A stretch of DNA of 64,000 nucleotides from Octopus vulgaris (taxonomy: Eukaryota): contig OX597819.1 in NCBI GenBank assembly GCA_951406725.2, positions 38,564,001 to 38,628,000 on the forward strand, written 5' to 3'. The notes beneath the pieces were generated by a model. That model saw only the letters and a program-made list of their open reading frames with translations, had not been told where the DNA came from and made no database searches. Position 1 is the stretch's first letter, and every line of letters begins with the position of its first letter. Position numbers and translations under genes: made by a program. This document shows positions 26,048 to 40,639 of this stretch, piece after piece.

Positions 26048-26059
26048 CAAAGATTTTCA

Positions 26060-26286
26060 TTATTTATCATATGGCACTTGGAACCCCCGAGGGACCATAA
26101 AATTTTGCTCTTAAAGTTTATCTGCAATAAACTAGTTATACTTCTTTGTAAAGATAATTATTTTTTACACAATTACTAATAAGACATAACAGGATTTTTT
26201 TAAACATTGAATTGCTGGGAGAGTCCATCCAAGTAAAATAGGAATCAAAGGGGTCCATAAATAAAACAAATGGTTGAGAAACACTG
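26060..26286. mobile_element. Probable hAT/Charlie-type MITE, one terminus only
   Basis: Ends ggttgagaaacactg (reverse complement CAGTGTTTCTCAACC, a hAT-Charlie-like TIR). Other end not seen. Confidence 0.45.
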
Positions 26287-26828
26287 GGTTAGACAAATGT
26301 ATTATGTATATTGTTCTGCAAACAGATGCCCTTCCTGTCACTAACCCTTACCTGTTTTTCAAGTAAGGATTGTGTGTCTGTGTGTGTGTGTAGCAAGTGA
26401 GAGGAGACTCAGAAATCTAGGCAGTAACCTCAGTCATTTATTCATCAAAGTTATGATGAAATAACAATAGATTTTTCAATTATATAATGAATATTATATA
26501 ATAAATGTTAACATAATCATTACTCATATTCATGTTTTCTAATTTGTTAAATGATATACTATCCATATGTTGTTGAAACAGTTGTAACTGAGGAATGTGA
26601 TATCAGTACCTCTCTTCTTTGCATGTTACATGTGTATGCATATGTGTATGTATATATATATATATATATATATATAGATATATAGATACCCATTAATTAT
26701 ATATATTATTATAAAATAAATATAAGAGAGTGGTCTTACATTTATTTCTAAATTAATTATATTATTATAATATATATGTGTGTGTGTATGTATATGCATA
26801 TATGTGTATACCCATTAGTTTTAATATT

Positions 26829-26871
<43 letters not shown>

Positions 26872-28709
26872 TGTTTGTTTTTATCTCAAAAACAATTTTA
26901 TGTGAAATTGAAAGATTACTCAATACATTTTGTAGAATACATATTTATTACACTTTTACAAGAAAAGTGCTAACAGTGACTTCGAAGCTGTAGCCTGCTG
27001 GCCTTCAATGAACTGTCATTCATTTCAAAGTCACCGTCCTTCTGGGAAAATTATATGTATGTACATACATAGACATATATATTCACATACATGCACACAC
27101 ATATTTATACATATACACATACATATGTATATTAATAGCAGCTTAATATACTTTTCACCGTTGTACTGGATTGATAAATCAGAAATAAAATAAAGTACGA
27201 GTTAAATTTTTTCACTCAACTTTTGTTTATCTATGATTTCTATCCATGCAAATTAAAATTAGTTTTCAATTTAATTTTGTATTTAATCTGGAAGAAAAGC
27301 AGATAATAAAAATATAATGTGAAACTTTCAATGTTATTATTATAATACCTACAATTCTTAAAATATAAGCCAACCTCTGGGAAGAAAACAAATGTAAACA
27401 GCAAGGCTTATAATGTCTGAATGGCAGGAAACTGTACTGCCATTTAAAAATTAAAAATTATTCAATATATGCAATCAATCAATAAAAATATACTCCACAG
27501 TAAATTTTCCAAGAGCTTTTTAAAATAAAGCAAGCAAGCGGTTTATATATATACATATAACATCTAAGAATTAAATATGCACATGTGTACATGCAGATCT
27601 GTTGATAGAACCACAAACAAATTAATATACACAAAAAATGTGTTGAAGGTGAATTTATAAACAATATAATTTCATTTGATTGGAGTTTGAGTGTACACAT
27701 TCACACACACAAACACATGCATATATTCATGTAATTTCTTCCATCTCCATTTCTGCGCAATTTTCAAAATATTTTTGGCTATACATCATATTCTGTATAA
27801 AATGCACACATACATGTGTGCATATGTACACACACACATTCCAATATTCACAGACACAAACACATAGATATATATTTACACAAATGTACTGGTATATAGA
27901 TATACACACACACACACACATAGATAGAGAGATAGATAAATTGATAGATCGATGTACATATATATACGTTTATATATAATATTAATATGTATATATATAT
28001 ATATATATATTTATGGATATATAATATATATTTGTGAACACACATACACACACACACCTGTAAAAAAAACACTATCATATAAAGATATATATACATATAT
28101 TTATATATACATATTTACTCATATATATATCACAAGTTTCAAAGATCTGTCTTCCAAAATTAACTAACCCTAGTATATCTATGTTTACCAATTTCCCTAT
28201 ATTTTTCCTAACTGGAAATTTGTCATCACCTTTACAAAGCTGTGATCAAGTAAACTTCTAGCTATAGTAACGTTTACACATGAAGTAATAATTTTATTTG
28301 TTATTATAAGCAAAATGATATCACATTCTATAGCTAAGCTGATGCAATTCCCCTTTGCATTTGTAAAACTTTGTCACCACCAATATTTTTCTGAGTGAAG
28401 GCACAAAGCCTAATAGTAAGGGTGGACTGGGTGGTGTATTGTATTCTTGAGCAAAACACTTCATTTCGTACTGCTCCCGTCCATTCAGCTTTAAATGAGA
28501 TCCAGCAAAAACCGGGAAGTTAGTCCTGCAGTGAACTAGTATCCTGTTCAAAGCATGGTGTTGTCATATTGCTCACTTGTATGCCACAAAAAATTGGGTT
28601 AAGCTCTAGCCTTATGAATTCAAGCACTCAAGATAAAAAAAAAATTCTGATATTATTGTAACTCACTATTACTCTCTCAGTTATGAAAATAGTATTGTAG
28701 TCAGGATTC

Positions 28710-28771
<62 letters not shown>

Positions 28772-29088
28772 ATAGTTTATAAAGTTTATCTGAAATCTTG
28801 AGAGCCATCTTTATTTGTTTGTTTGTACATATGTTTTCTATGCTAGCATGGAATAGAATATTACTGAGACATTGTTTTACAGACAGATGCCCCTCCCGTT
28901 GCTAAAGAATACCTTATCCCACATGTCTTCAAAGGTGCGAACAATGTCAGGAAACAAGCTGTTAACGGGGGAAATGACGACATTGCTGACTGGAGCTGAG
29001 CGGTTTTTGGACAAGTGTATATTAAAAGTGCACACACACACACACACACATGCAATAGGTATCTTTCAGTTTCTGTACACTGAATTAA

Positions 29089-29308
29089 CCCTTTAGCATT
29101 CAGATTATTCTGTAAAATGTAAAGCTTATGTATTCACACCATGTAAAATTAATCTTGCATCATTTCATGGCTTTGAGATTTCAACGATGTGATTGTTTAT
29201 TTTTAAAATGACACAATAAGATAGCTATGAATGACCATATCTGACTAGTTTGAACATAAAATAGGTAGAATATTTTGGCTGGATATGGCCAGTTTAAACA
29301 CTAAAGGG
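29089..29308. mobile_element. piggyBac-type MITE inserted in a SINE-C
   Basis: TTAA-ccctttag...ctaaaggg-TTAA. Truncated inverted copy at about 46645-46852. Confidence 0.88.
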
Positions 29309-30509
29309 TTAATTCACAACACTTTGTCAGTCTTCAGCCAAAAGAGAAGACACTTGTCCAAAGTCCTATGGAGTAGGAGTGAAACTGAAAGTAGATGGTT
29401 GAGAAGTGAACTTTTTAACAACACAGCTCTGCTTCTACCTATATAATACACACACACACACACACACATATATACATACATGTATGTATGAAACACATTT
29501 AATCTTCACCTCAATATAATAAAATTTGCTCAGTTTACGTTCTTTCAGACAATAATGTTCGGCTTCAGTGCAAAATGGTGCCCACTGTGAAGTATTTCCT
29601 CCAATGAGCAAAGATAGCATTATTTGATTTTGGTCTAAGTTAAAACGTGCCTGTGTGTATAAAGACACATGTACACACATTATGGCATACACTGCCTTTT
29701 GGTTACTTAATATGGATGGTAAAACTCAATAAATAACTAAATTTCACTTAACATGCTACCAGGTATGTTAAGTGCGATGAAGTTAAGGGCACACACATAC
29801 ATGCACATGCTTACACACACATACTTAAATACATACATTTATATATATATATACACACACACCAAAAATATACATAGCTACCCACATGCATACATATTTA
29901 TATTCACCACAAGGAATATATATACATGCCCTCACACACACACTTTTATATTGATTTTAGTGTTTTCATAGTTTCTCAGCTACCACCAAATATATCTTTG
30001 GATTTTCCAGAACATTCCTGACAATAACATATAACATCAATATCCTTTGGTCTTCATTTTCTTGCACTTCCACAAATAATATCATCTTTACAAACATAAA
30101 CACACATATATAAATGTATATACATATATATATATGCATTTGTGCATATATGCACACACACACACACATACATAAATGAGTTTATGTATATATATTTTAC
30201 CATAACAGCATACATGTAATTATTATAAACAGTAAAATGTGATATAGAATATGAGAGAAAACAAGAAATAGGAGCAGAATGAATAGAAATATTTCAAAGA
30301 GAATTGAGAAGAAGAGATTAAAAGAAAATAAAGATTTATAATTGTATATTGCCAAGTTTAAAATGTTTAATATGAGCAAATGGAAGAAAGAAAGTTTCAA
30401 GAAATTGGTCTTGAGGTATAAAGCTGAGAGAAATGTTTTTTGAAAATTTCAGCAAATAGATAAATAAATAAACGAATAAATAAATATCTAATAATAATAA
30501 TAATAGTAA

Positions 30510-33500
30510 TGGTTTCTGATTTTGGTACAAGGCCAGCAATTTTGAGGGAAGGTGTGTGTGTGAGTGTATGTGTTTGTGTATGGGGAAGGGTGCAGCTGAT
30601 ATCATCAACTGGTAGTTTATTTTATTGACTCCAAAGGGATAGAAAGCAAACCTGACTTCAGCAGGATTTGATCTCAGAACACAAAGAGCTGGAATGAATG
30701 TTGCAAAGCATTTCTATTTACTGATGTTCAAATGATTCTGCTGATCTGGTGGCCTTGATTGTTTCCAAAATAGGCACAAGTCCATCGGTTTCGAAGTAGG
30801 AGGACAAGGTGTGGGATTAGTCAATGACATTGATTACAGCAGAGTGAAAGGTAAACTATGAGGCATTTTGTTCCCAGCTTTAATGATTAGACTGATCTAT
30901 TGCCTTAGAACTGTTTTTAACTTAAGTAGGTCTGAAATTTGGGAAATTGATTAAAACAACTCTAGTGATTGGTATTTTAATTTATTGACTTCAAAGGGAT
31001 GAAAATCAAGACTAAATTGGGTGGGATTTGAAAGCTGAACATAAAGTGCCAGAAGAAATACCAAAAGGTGCTTTATCTGATGTTTTAAAGTTTTCATTTC
31101 CTTGTAAAAATGATGGTATGAAATTTTGGCACAGGGCCAGTAGTTTTCCGGAAAGATGAAAGGCAAAGACAACCTCGGTGGAATTTGAACTCAATGCAGA
31201 GATAGATGAAATGCTGCTAAATGTTTCGTCAAAGTGTTAATGATTCTATCACTGCCTTATTTCCCTGAAAAATAATAAAATAAAAAATTCATCCCCTTGT
31301 AAAAATTCTTTTATATATAGGCATGAGGTCTGAAATTTAGAGGTAGGGTGCTGGTTGATTTTATCAACCTCATCACTTGATTAGTACTTATTTTATTGAT
31401 CCCAAAAGAATGAAAGACAGAGTCAAGTTTGATGGAATTTGAACTCAGAACATAAAACTGGAAGAAATGCCACTAAACATTTTATCTGGCATGCTGTGAC
31501 TCCACTACATCACCACCTTATTCCCCTGTAATAATAACTTCAAATATTTGCACAAGGCCAGCAATTTCAGGAGAGGCAGTAAGTCGATTACATCAACCCC
31601 AGTGCTCAACTGGTACTTCTTTTATCGATTCTAAAAGGACGAACAGCAAAGTTGACCTTAGTTGATGAACAAAATGCCAACATTTTAGTTGGTATGCTAA
31701 CAATTCTGCCAGCTCACCATCTTAATAACAACTAGTAATAATAACATGGGCACAAGGCCAGAGACGGATTTGGATTTAGTCAACTGAATTGATCTCAGTA
31801 CTTGATCACTGCTTTATGTTACCAATCATAGAGGTATGAGAGGTAAAGTTGCCCTCAGCTGGATTTGAACACAAAAAGCAGAGAACCACAAGAAATATTA
31901 CATGGCATTTTGTCTGAAGCCCTAACAATTCTGCCAATCCACTACTTTATAATAATAACTGTTTCTAATCTAGGCTCAAAGCCAGCAATTTTTTAGGAGA
32001 ATGGTTAGTTGATACAATTAACTCAGATACTACACTGGTATTTTATATCATTGAGCCCTGATGGATGAAAGGCAAATTTGAAGAATGTAAAAATCCAGAA
32101 ATACTGCAAAGCATTTTTTTCTAACATTCTAATGATTTTATCAGCTTGCTACCTTACCTCATAATAATAATATTGGCACAAGGCCAGCAATAATAGTAGT
32201 AATAATAATGGTTTTAAATTTTGTCGCAAGGGCAGCCATTTTGGGGGAGGGGATGAGTTGATTAGATCAACCTAAGTGTTCAACTGATACTTACTTTATC
32301 AACCCTTTCAGGGTTGATAAAGTAAGTAAGGATGAAAGGATGTAAGGCTAAGCAGAATCTGAACTCAGAATGTAAAGACAGATGAAATGCTTCTAAGTAT
32401 TTTGCCCAGCATGCTAACGATTCTGCCAGCTCAATAATAGTAGTAGTAGTAGTAATAATAATAATAGTAATTCTTTCTACTAAAGGCACAAGGCCTGAAA
32501 TTTTTGGGGAGGGGTTAAGTCAATTACATTGACCCCAGTGTTTCACTGGTACTTAATTTATTGACATCAAAAGAACGAAAGGCAAAAGTCGACCTTGGTG
32601 GAATTTGAACTCAGAACATAAAAACAAATGAATACTACTACTACTAATAATAATAATAATTGATTTCTAACACTGGCCGCAAAAATCACACATTTTGAAG
32701 AAGTGTAAAGCAAATTCAACTGATCCCAAATATCTAACTAGTACTTTTATTTTACTGACATTGAAAAGATGACAGGCAAAACGTACCCACTTTTAAAATT
32801 TTTTGTTTGATCTAGAGAAAGGGAATGTCCCCTTAGCCTTTTCAGTAATCTGAGAGTGGTGAGGTCTATGTGGCTAACAATGTTCTTAAAAAGGTATGAG
32901 ATGTAAGTTGCTGGAAAAACATTCAGAAGGACATATTCCAACAAACTGACATTCTGGAGAGGAAGGACTTGGTATAACGGTTAGTGCAGATTAAGTGGGC
33001 TGGGAGTAATGAAAGGAGGAGAAATGACATAGTGTATGTGACATGAAAGCCAACCAGCTCTTGTGAGCAGAGGCCACAATAGTAGTGGTAGAAGAGGCTA
33101 AGAGAGGGATTTGTGTTTAGAATGTAGTGAACTGGCTGCAATTAAATACTAAGAAATAATAATTTGTAACGAGCAGAAGATCACATATTTTGTGGAGGGG
33201 AAGTGTTACTAATTAATTAAAAAAAGAACCACCCCCTCCTTTCTGCAGTACTTGAGAGCTGTTTACTTTATGAACTTCTAATAATCCTTTCTATTATAGG
33301 TACATGGCCTAAAAATTTGTTGGGAGGGGGCTAGTTGATTGCAATGATCCAAGTACTTGATTGGGACTTATTTTATCAATCATGAAAGGATGAATGGCAA
33401 AGATGGTATTGGTGGAATTTGAACTCAGAATTTAAAGCCAGAAGAAATGTTGCAAAGCATTTTGTTTGGCATGCTAATGAGTCTGTTCAAAGCCTTTTGA

Positions 33501-35470
33501 CCCCAAATAATAATAATAATCATAATAATGATGATGATGATGATAATAATAATAATGGTTTCAAATTTTGCCATAAGGGCAGTCATTTTGGGGGAGTCAA
33601 TTACATTGGGTCAATTAAATTGATGAGTCAATTACATTGACCCCAGCATTCAACTGGTACTTAATCTATTAAAAGGATGAAAGGCAAAGTTGACCTCGGC
33701 GGAATTTGAACTGAGATAGGAGTGATGGGTGAAATACTGCTAAGCATTTCATCCCGTGTGCTTAATGATTCTGCCAGCTTGTTATCTTAATAATAATAAT
33801 AATGGTTTCAAATTTTGGCACAAGGCCAGCAAGTATGGCAGAGGGGTTAAGTCAATTACATTGACTCCAGTGTTCAACTGGTACTTATTTTATTGACTCC
33901 AAAATGTTAAAATAAACATGCTAATGATTCTTCCAGCTCACTGCCTTTTTGACCCCTAGTAATAACAATAATGAACTTTAAGTTTAGCCACTTGTTTGTG
34001 AAGGGAATAAAATATGTTTTGATTGAATTACCCCCAGAATATAAGTGGCATTTATTTTATTAACAATAGTAATACTATTTATTATATTCTGTTATTGGTT
34101 TTAGTCATTGGACTCAAGCTATACTGGGGCACTCCCTTCAAGGGTTTTACTCAATTATATTGACTTTGATTAACTTTACTTTTTATCAACAATGGAAGAA
34201 TAATAAGTAAATTGGAACTCTGAGTGGGATTTCAACTCAAAACACAGAAGGGCATTATGAAATACCAAAAGGTATATTTTGTCCATCACACTACCAGTTC
34301 TGCCAACCACAACGGTATGGTTTTACGATGCACTGACCTATGATTCTACCAATTCAATGTCCTATGATTCTACCATCCACTGTCTTATAATTCAACCATT
34401 CAACATCCTATAATTCAACCATCTCCCACCTTGGCAGTAAGTAATATACTTTCTAATTTCAGTACAAAGCCAGCAACATTGACCTTAGTATTGACTAGAA
34501 CTTATTTTATTGATCCCATAAGGATGAAAGGCAAAGTTAACCTTGGCAGCATTTGAACTCAGAAAATAAGCCAGAAATAATGTCGCTAAGCATTCTGTCT
34601 AACATTTCTACCAGCTCACTGCCTTCTGATATTAAGTAATATAGGTTTCTGTCATAAGCACAAAGCCTCAAATTTGTGTTAAGTATAGTTGAGATCAACA
34701 CCAGTATTTGATTAGTACTTTATTTTTATTGACCCTGGGAAGATAACAAACAAATTTAATCTTGGTGTGATTTGAAATCAGACATAAAAAGGCTTAACAA
34801 AATACCATGAGGTACTTTGTGCACCACTTTATAGATTCTACAATAATAATGATCCTGAAATTTTGGGGGAAGCGGCTTGACTGGTACTTATTTTATCAAT
34901 CCCAAAAGGATGAAAGTAAAATCGACCTTGGTAGAATTTGAACTTAGATTGGTAAATCTGAAGAAATGATACTAAACTTTTTATCTTACATGCTAAAAAT
35001 TCTGCCAACATGCTGCCTCCAAGTGGTTTCAAATTTTGGCACAAGGCCAGCAATTTTGAGGGAGGGGGTAAGCTGATTACATTGACCTCAATGTTCAACT
35101 GGAACTTATCTTATCAACTCCCAAGGGGGCAAAAGTTGACCTTGGTGGTATTTGAACTCAGAATGTAATGTGTCAGAAGCAATTCTGCTAAGCATTTTAT
35201 CCAGCATGGTAATGATTCGGTGAGTTTGCTGCCTTAGTAATAATAATAATAATAATATTTTCTACTCTAGGCACAAGGCCTGAATATTTGGGGGAGGGGA
35301 CCGCTCAATTACATCAACCCCAGTGTTTCACTGGTACTTAATTTATCGACCCCCAAAAGGATGAAAGGCAAAGCTGACCTTGGTAGAATTTGAACTCAGA
35401 ACGCAAGGACAGAAGAAATGCCACTAAGCATTTTGCCCTGCATGTTTACGGTTCTGTCAGCTCACTGCCC
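30510..35470 (-). mobile_element. Head-to-tail array of about 20 diverged SINE-A copies separated by (AAT)n
   Basis: Recurrent ggcacaaggcc...ggatgaaaggcaaagt.gacct.gg.ggaatttgaactcagaa...tgcta.tgattctgccagc units of about 200-230 bp, all in one orientation. Confidence 0.92.
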
Positions 35471-35570
35471 TGTTTATAATAATATTTTCAAATTAGCAGT
35501 TTTCACATTTCGAATAACCCTTACTGGCTATAGCAGTACCTAATAACGTCTAACTTAGAAACAAGCCCTT

Positions 35571-36428
<858 letters not shown>

Positions 36429-36429
36429 A

Positions 36430-36840
36430 TTTATTTTCTCAACAGCTGGAAAGATGAAAGGCAAAAATCAACCTTGGTATGATTTGAACTCAGAACATAA
36501 CAAGGCATGACTAAATATCAGAAGTTATTCTGTTCATCACTCTTCTGATTTAGCCGATTCATCATTTTATATGTTGCTCCACCGATTCTGCCAGTCCACC
36601 AATTTCAAAAAAACAATAATAATATTTTTTCTAAATAGGCACAATGCCACACATTTTTGGGGAGGGAACAGTCAATTATAACAACTTCAGTATTTTGCAT
36701 GGTACTTATTTTATCAACCCCAGAAGGAGGACAGGCAAAGTTTAACCTCAGTGGAATTTGAAGTTGAACATAAAGATTTGTAAATAAATACTGTAAAGCA
36801 TTTACTCTGCAACTCTAATAATTCTGCCATTTTGCCACCT
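36430..36840 (-). mobile_element. Two further SINE-A copies continuing the array
   Basis: aagatgaaaggcaaaaatcaaccttgg...tttgaactcagaac; ggcacaatgcc...ggaatttgaag. Confidence 0.85.
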
Positions 36841-36960
36841 TCAATAAATAACAATAATAATTATCATCATCATTTTCATCACAACAACATCGATAACAAC
36901 AACACCAGTGAAATTTATGAATAATGGAATGAAATTAAAATAGAAATGGCCGCAAACCAA

Positions 36961-37278
36961 TCAAAGTTCAGTAGTTGTCAAAGCAGAACCATTTGCGTTC
37001 GATGCAATTGAATTTGTACCTGGCGGTAGGATAGCAGTCGTTGTACCATTTGTGGTGCCGGTGCCATTCACAATTGTGCTGTTCTGGAAGGGGGTGTCTT
37101 GCGGTTCATCAACTATGATTACAGGGATATTGTAAACTGGCTTCGACATGTCGAGGTCATCGATGTTATCGGGAAATTTTGAGTCTTTTGTTTCAGGTAG
37201 CAGCAGTGAAAGTCCACCAGTGATGAAGGAGAGTGCTCCGAGGCAAAGGAATGGCATCAAGGGGTGAACATATTTGTG
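36961..37278 (-). CDS. SLC22-like MFS organic cation/anion transporter, terminal coding exon
   Basis: Acceptor ttttcctttctttatttggcAG, phase 0. HKYVHPLMPFLCLGALSFITGGLSLLLPETKDSKFPDNIDD...TTTEL* contains TM12 and the PETK motif of the sugar-porter/SLC22 family. Confidence 0.92.
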   Translation of the reverse strand, partial: HKYVHPLMPFLCLGALSFITGGLSLLLPETKDSKFPDNIDDLDMSKPVYNIPVIIVDEPQDTPFQNSTIVNGTGTTNGTTTAILPPGTNSIASNANGSALTTTEL

Positions 37279-37409
37279 CTGCCAAATAAAGAAAGGAAAA
37301 ACATTTATATTTTGTTTCGAGTTTAAAAAAAAAAATGCATTTTATTTATTTGAAAAGATGAAAAACAAAAATGGATATAAATATTAATCAATGTATCTAT
37401 ATTTTTAAA

Positions 37410-37865
37410 TCGATATAAAGAGTACAGTGGAAATGCCTAGGGGAATGGAAAAATTCAACTTTTCAGACAGCACTTCTTTGGGGGAGAAAAGCTGAAAGTA
37501 TAGAAATTAATAAGAGACAGCAGAGTTACACATCCTCTAAGTTACAGACACCTAGTGGATGCAAAACTCTGCTGTGTCTCATTAATTTCTCTCCTTTCCA
37601 CTCTTCCCTAAATGAGGACCATCTGAAATGCTGCATTTCCTGCTTCTCATTTCAATTTCCCTGTATTCTTTTTATCAGTTTTATTCCATATGTATGCATC
37701 TGTCACATCCAATATATCTTTTTTTAAATTATAGGATGTAAAATTCTGCCGTGTCTCATTAATTACTCTCCTTTCAACTTTTCGCCAGAAGAAAGACTTT
37801 GTCTGCAATGTTGGGTTTTCCATTCTTCATGGCAAGTTCCCTGTGCTCCCTTTATTGGTTTTATT
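37410..37865. repeat. One forward and two inverted diverged copies of a ~125-bp unit
   Basis: agaaattaataagagacagcagagtt at about 37502 vs aactctgctgtgtctcattaatttct (about 37565) and aattctgccgtgtctcattaatt (about 37742). Confidence 0.8.
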
Positions 37866-37944
37866 ACATAATTACAAGTCTTGCCAATGCAAACCAACAC
37901 TAGACACATTAGAGTCTGTTTGATCATATACATATCATTTAGAT

Positions 37945-38330
37945 ATATTCTTTTATTTTATTCTTTTACTTGTCTCAGTCATTTGACTGTGGCCATGCTG
38001 AAGCACTACCTTTAGTCGAACAAGTCAACCCCAGGACTTATTCTTTGTAGGCCTATCAGTTACTTTTATGGGGATGTAAACACACCAACATTAGTTGTGA
38101 AGCGATAGTGGGGTAACAAACACAGACACACAAATACATACATATATACATATATATATATACATATATATATGAAAAGCTTCTTTCAGTTTCCATCTAC
38201 CAAATACACTCACAAGGGTTTGGTCGGCCTGAGGCTATGGCAGAAGACATCTGCTCAAGATGCCATGCAATGGGACTGAACCTGGAACCATGTGGTTGGG
38301 AAGCAAGTTTCTTACCACACAGTCACTCCT
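37945..38330 (-). mobile_element. SINE-C near full length
   Basis: Family similarity. Confidence 0.88.
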
Positions 38331-38349
38331 GCACACACACACACACACA

Positions 38350-38895
38350 CATCATCATCATCGTTTAACGTCTGCTTTCCATGCTGGCATGGGTTGGACG
38401 GTTTGACTGAGGACTGGCAAGCCAGATGTCTGCACCAGGCTCCATTCTGATCTAGCCGAGTTTCAACAGCTGGATGCCCTTCCTAACACTATCCACTCCA
38501 AGAGTGTAGTGGGTACTTTTATGTGCCACTGGCATGAGGGCCAGCCAGGCAGTATTAGCAATGGCCACGCTCAAATGGTGTTTTCACATGTCACCTGCAT
38601 AGGAGCTAGTCGAGTGGTACTGGCAATGACCTTGCTTGAATGTTGCTTTTCATGTTCCAGTAATGATCACGCTCGAATGGTGCATTTTATGTGTCACCAG
38701 TATGGGAGCCAGTCAGCAGCCCTGGCAACGATCACACTCAGATGGTGCTCTTAGCACTCCACTGGCATGGGTGCCATTCATGCGGTGCTGTCATCGAATT
38801 TGATTTCGATTTCACTTGCCTCAACAGGTCTTCACTAGCAGAGTTTAGTGTCCAATGAGGAAAGGTACGCATAAATGGGCTGGTTACACCACTGT
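38350..38895 (-). mobile_element. SINE/retroposon family B with (GAT)n tail and internal tandem module
   Basis: catcatcatcgtttaacgtc.gctttccatgctggcatgggttggacgg...; other copies or fragments at about 6425, 22870, 41175, 44195, 50125, 57355, 57470, 62030 and 62940. Confidence 0.85.
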
Positions 38896-39084
38896 GCTTC
38901 ATGTCAATTCTACTGTCTTCTTCAAGGTTCCGGGCAACATACCCATACATGGTCTTTTTTTGTATGCTGAGTGCTTTCCATCCAGGTCTTCTCTGAGGTA
39001 AGACAGCCCATCTGTTTTGGGGCTGTATAGGAGATCATCAGGAAGAGGTATGTATGTATGTCTGTCTGTTTGTTTGTATGTATG

Positions 39085-39118
<34 letters not shown>

Positions 39119-39855
39119 TGTGTGTATGTGTGTATGTATGTGTGTGTGTATATATATATATATATATACACACACACAAATATAATGAAAAAGTGAAAAT
39201 AATACAATGGAATATAAATGAGGATGTAAATGATTGTAAGTTATCATTAATATAAATTAAAACCCAAAAAATATATAAAAGAAACTGTTACATGTTTGAA
39301 TAAGTTGATGTACAAATTATTTTATACTGGTAAATTATCTTATGTGTACAAAGAGTTGAAATATAAAACAATTATATCTTAAAATAACATTATCATCATT
39401 TACAGAGCTGTTTCATATAAGAGAAATACATATGCATGTAAAATCCACATTGTTACTTAGAGCAACAGTTTTGTATGGGCTGGAATAATGTTATTTAATC
39501 AAATAACAGAAGGAAAACATCATACTGAATGACATGTTATCAAGAATATATTGTTATGAGAACTAGATACATCATATAATGTATCTAGAACTAAATAACT
39601 CAATGAGCTTCCCTTCCTTTTCAACAAGGTAGGTATGAGTTAAAGGCAGTTATTTCTAACAATTCAAGTAACCACATAGAGCTACCCCTCTCATAGCTAC
39701 ATCATAAAGCATTTTATTTGGTCTCTCAACCATCTCCACCATCCTTCTAGTATTTGTATATACAGAAAATAATGTTTATAATGATTGATGACAATTACAG
39801 TAACAACAAACAAGATAAATACAGTTACAATAGAAAAAAGTGAAAGACTACTTAC

Positions 39856-39928
39856 TAATAGACTTATCTGGGGAGACAAAATGCCGCCGATACGTCCCCA
39901 CACTAGGCATGTACCAAGTCCTATATTT
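39856..39928 (-). CDS. SLC22-like transporter, penultimate coding exon (73 nt)
   Basis: Acceptor tttttcttgcAG, donor GTaagt. (R)[24 protein letters not shown] is the TM11 motif that follows ELFPTxxR. It ends in phase 0, in frame with the 37278 exon. Confidence 0.93.
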
Positions 39929-40001
39929 CTGCAAGAAAAAGTAACAGATTTAGTTTCTCATCTATAAATGTTGCGTTATCGAGATACTTTTTATGCACAC
40001 A

Positions 40002-40078
<77 letters not shown>

Positions 40079-40137
40079 GTATATATATATGTATATATAT
40101 GTATATATATATGTATATATATATATATATATGTATG

Positions 40138-40180
<43 letters not shown>

Positions 40181-40200
40181 TATTTATTTATTTATTTATG

Positions 40201-40500
40201 TGGCCTTTTCAAGCCTAGCCAGGCTCATGGGCTCGGTTTCTCGGTTTCTATGGCGTGTGTGTTCCCTCCAGCTGGACGGGAAGCCAGGCCATCGCAGCGT
40301 TACTCAAGAAATAAGAAGAAAGAGTGAGAGAAAGTTGGGGCGAAAGAATGCAACAGGGGTTGCCACCACCCTCTGCTGGAGCCTCGTGGAGCTTTTGGTG
40401 TTTTTGTTCAATAAACACACACAACGCCCGATCTGGGAATTGAAACCGCAATCCTCTGACTGTGAGTCCGCTGCCCTAATCACTGGGCCATTGTGCCTCC
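40201..40500 (-). mobile_element. SINE-D full length
   Basis: Close copy of 5878-6183. Confidence 0.88.
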
Positions 40501-40513
40501 ATATGTGTGTGTG

Positions 40514-40554
<41 letters not shown>

Positions 40555-40639
40555 CAAAACAGGAAAGAGGAAATTTTTTTGTATAAGTTATTCACCATTA
40601 CACATGTTTCATTTGCTAACACATACACTGTGTGTGTGT

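Noticed and set aside
34335-34425. Four short cctat(g/a)attc(t/a)acca repeats
   Set aside because: Local slippage of a SINE-A head fragment; no independent significance.
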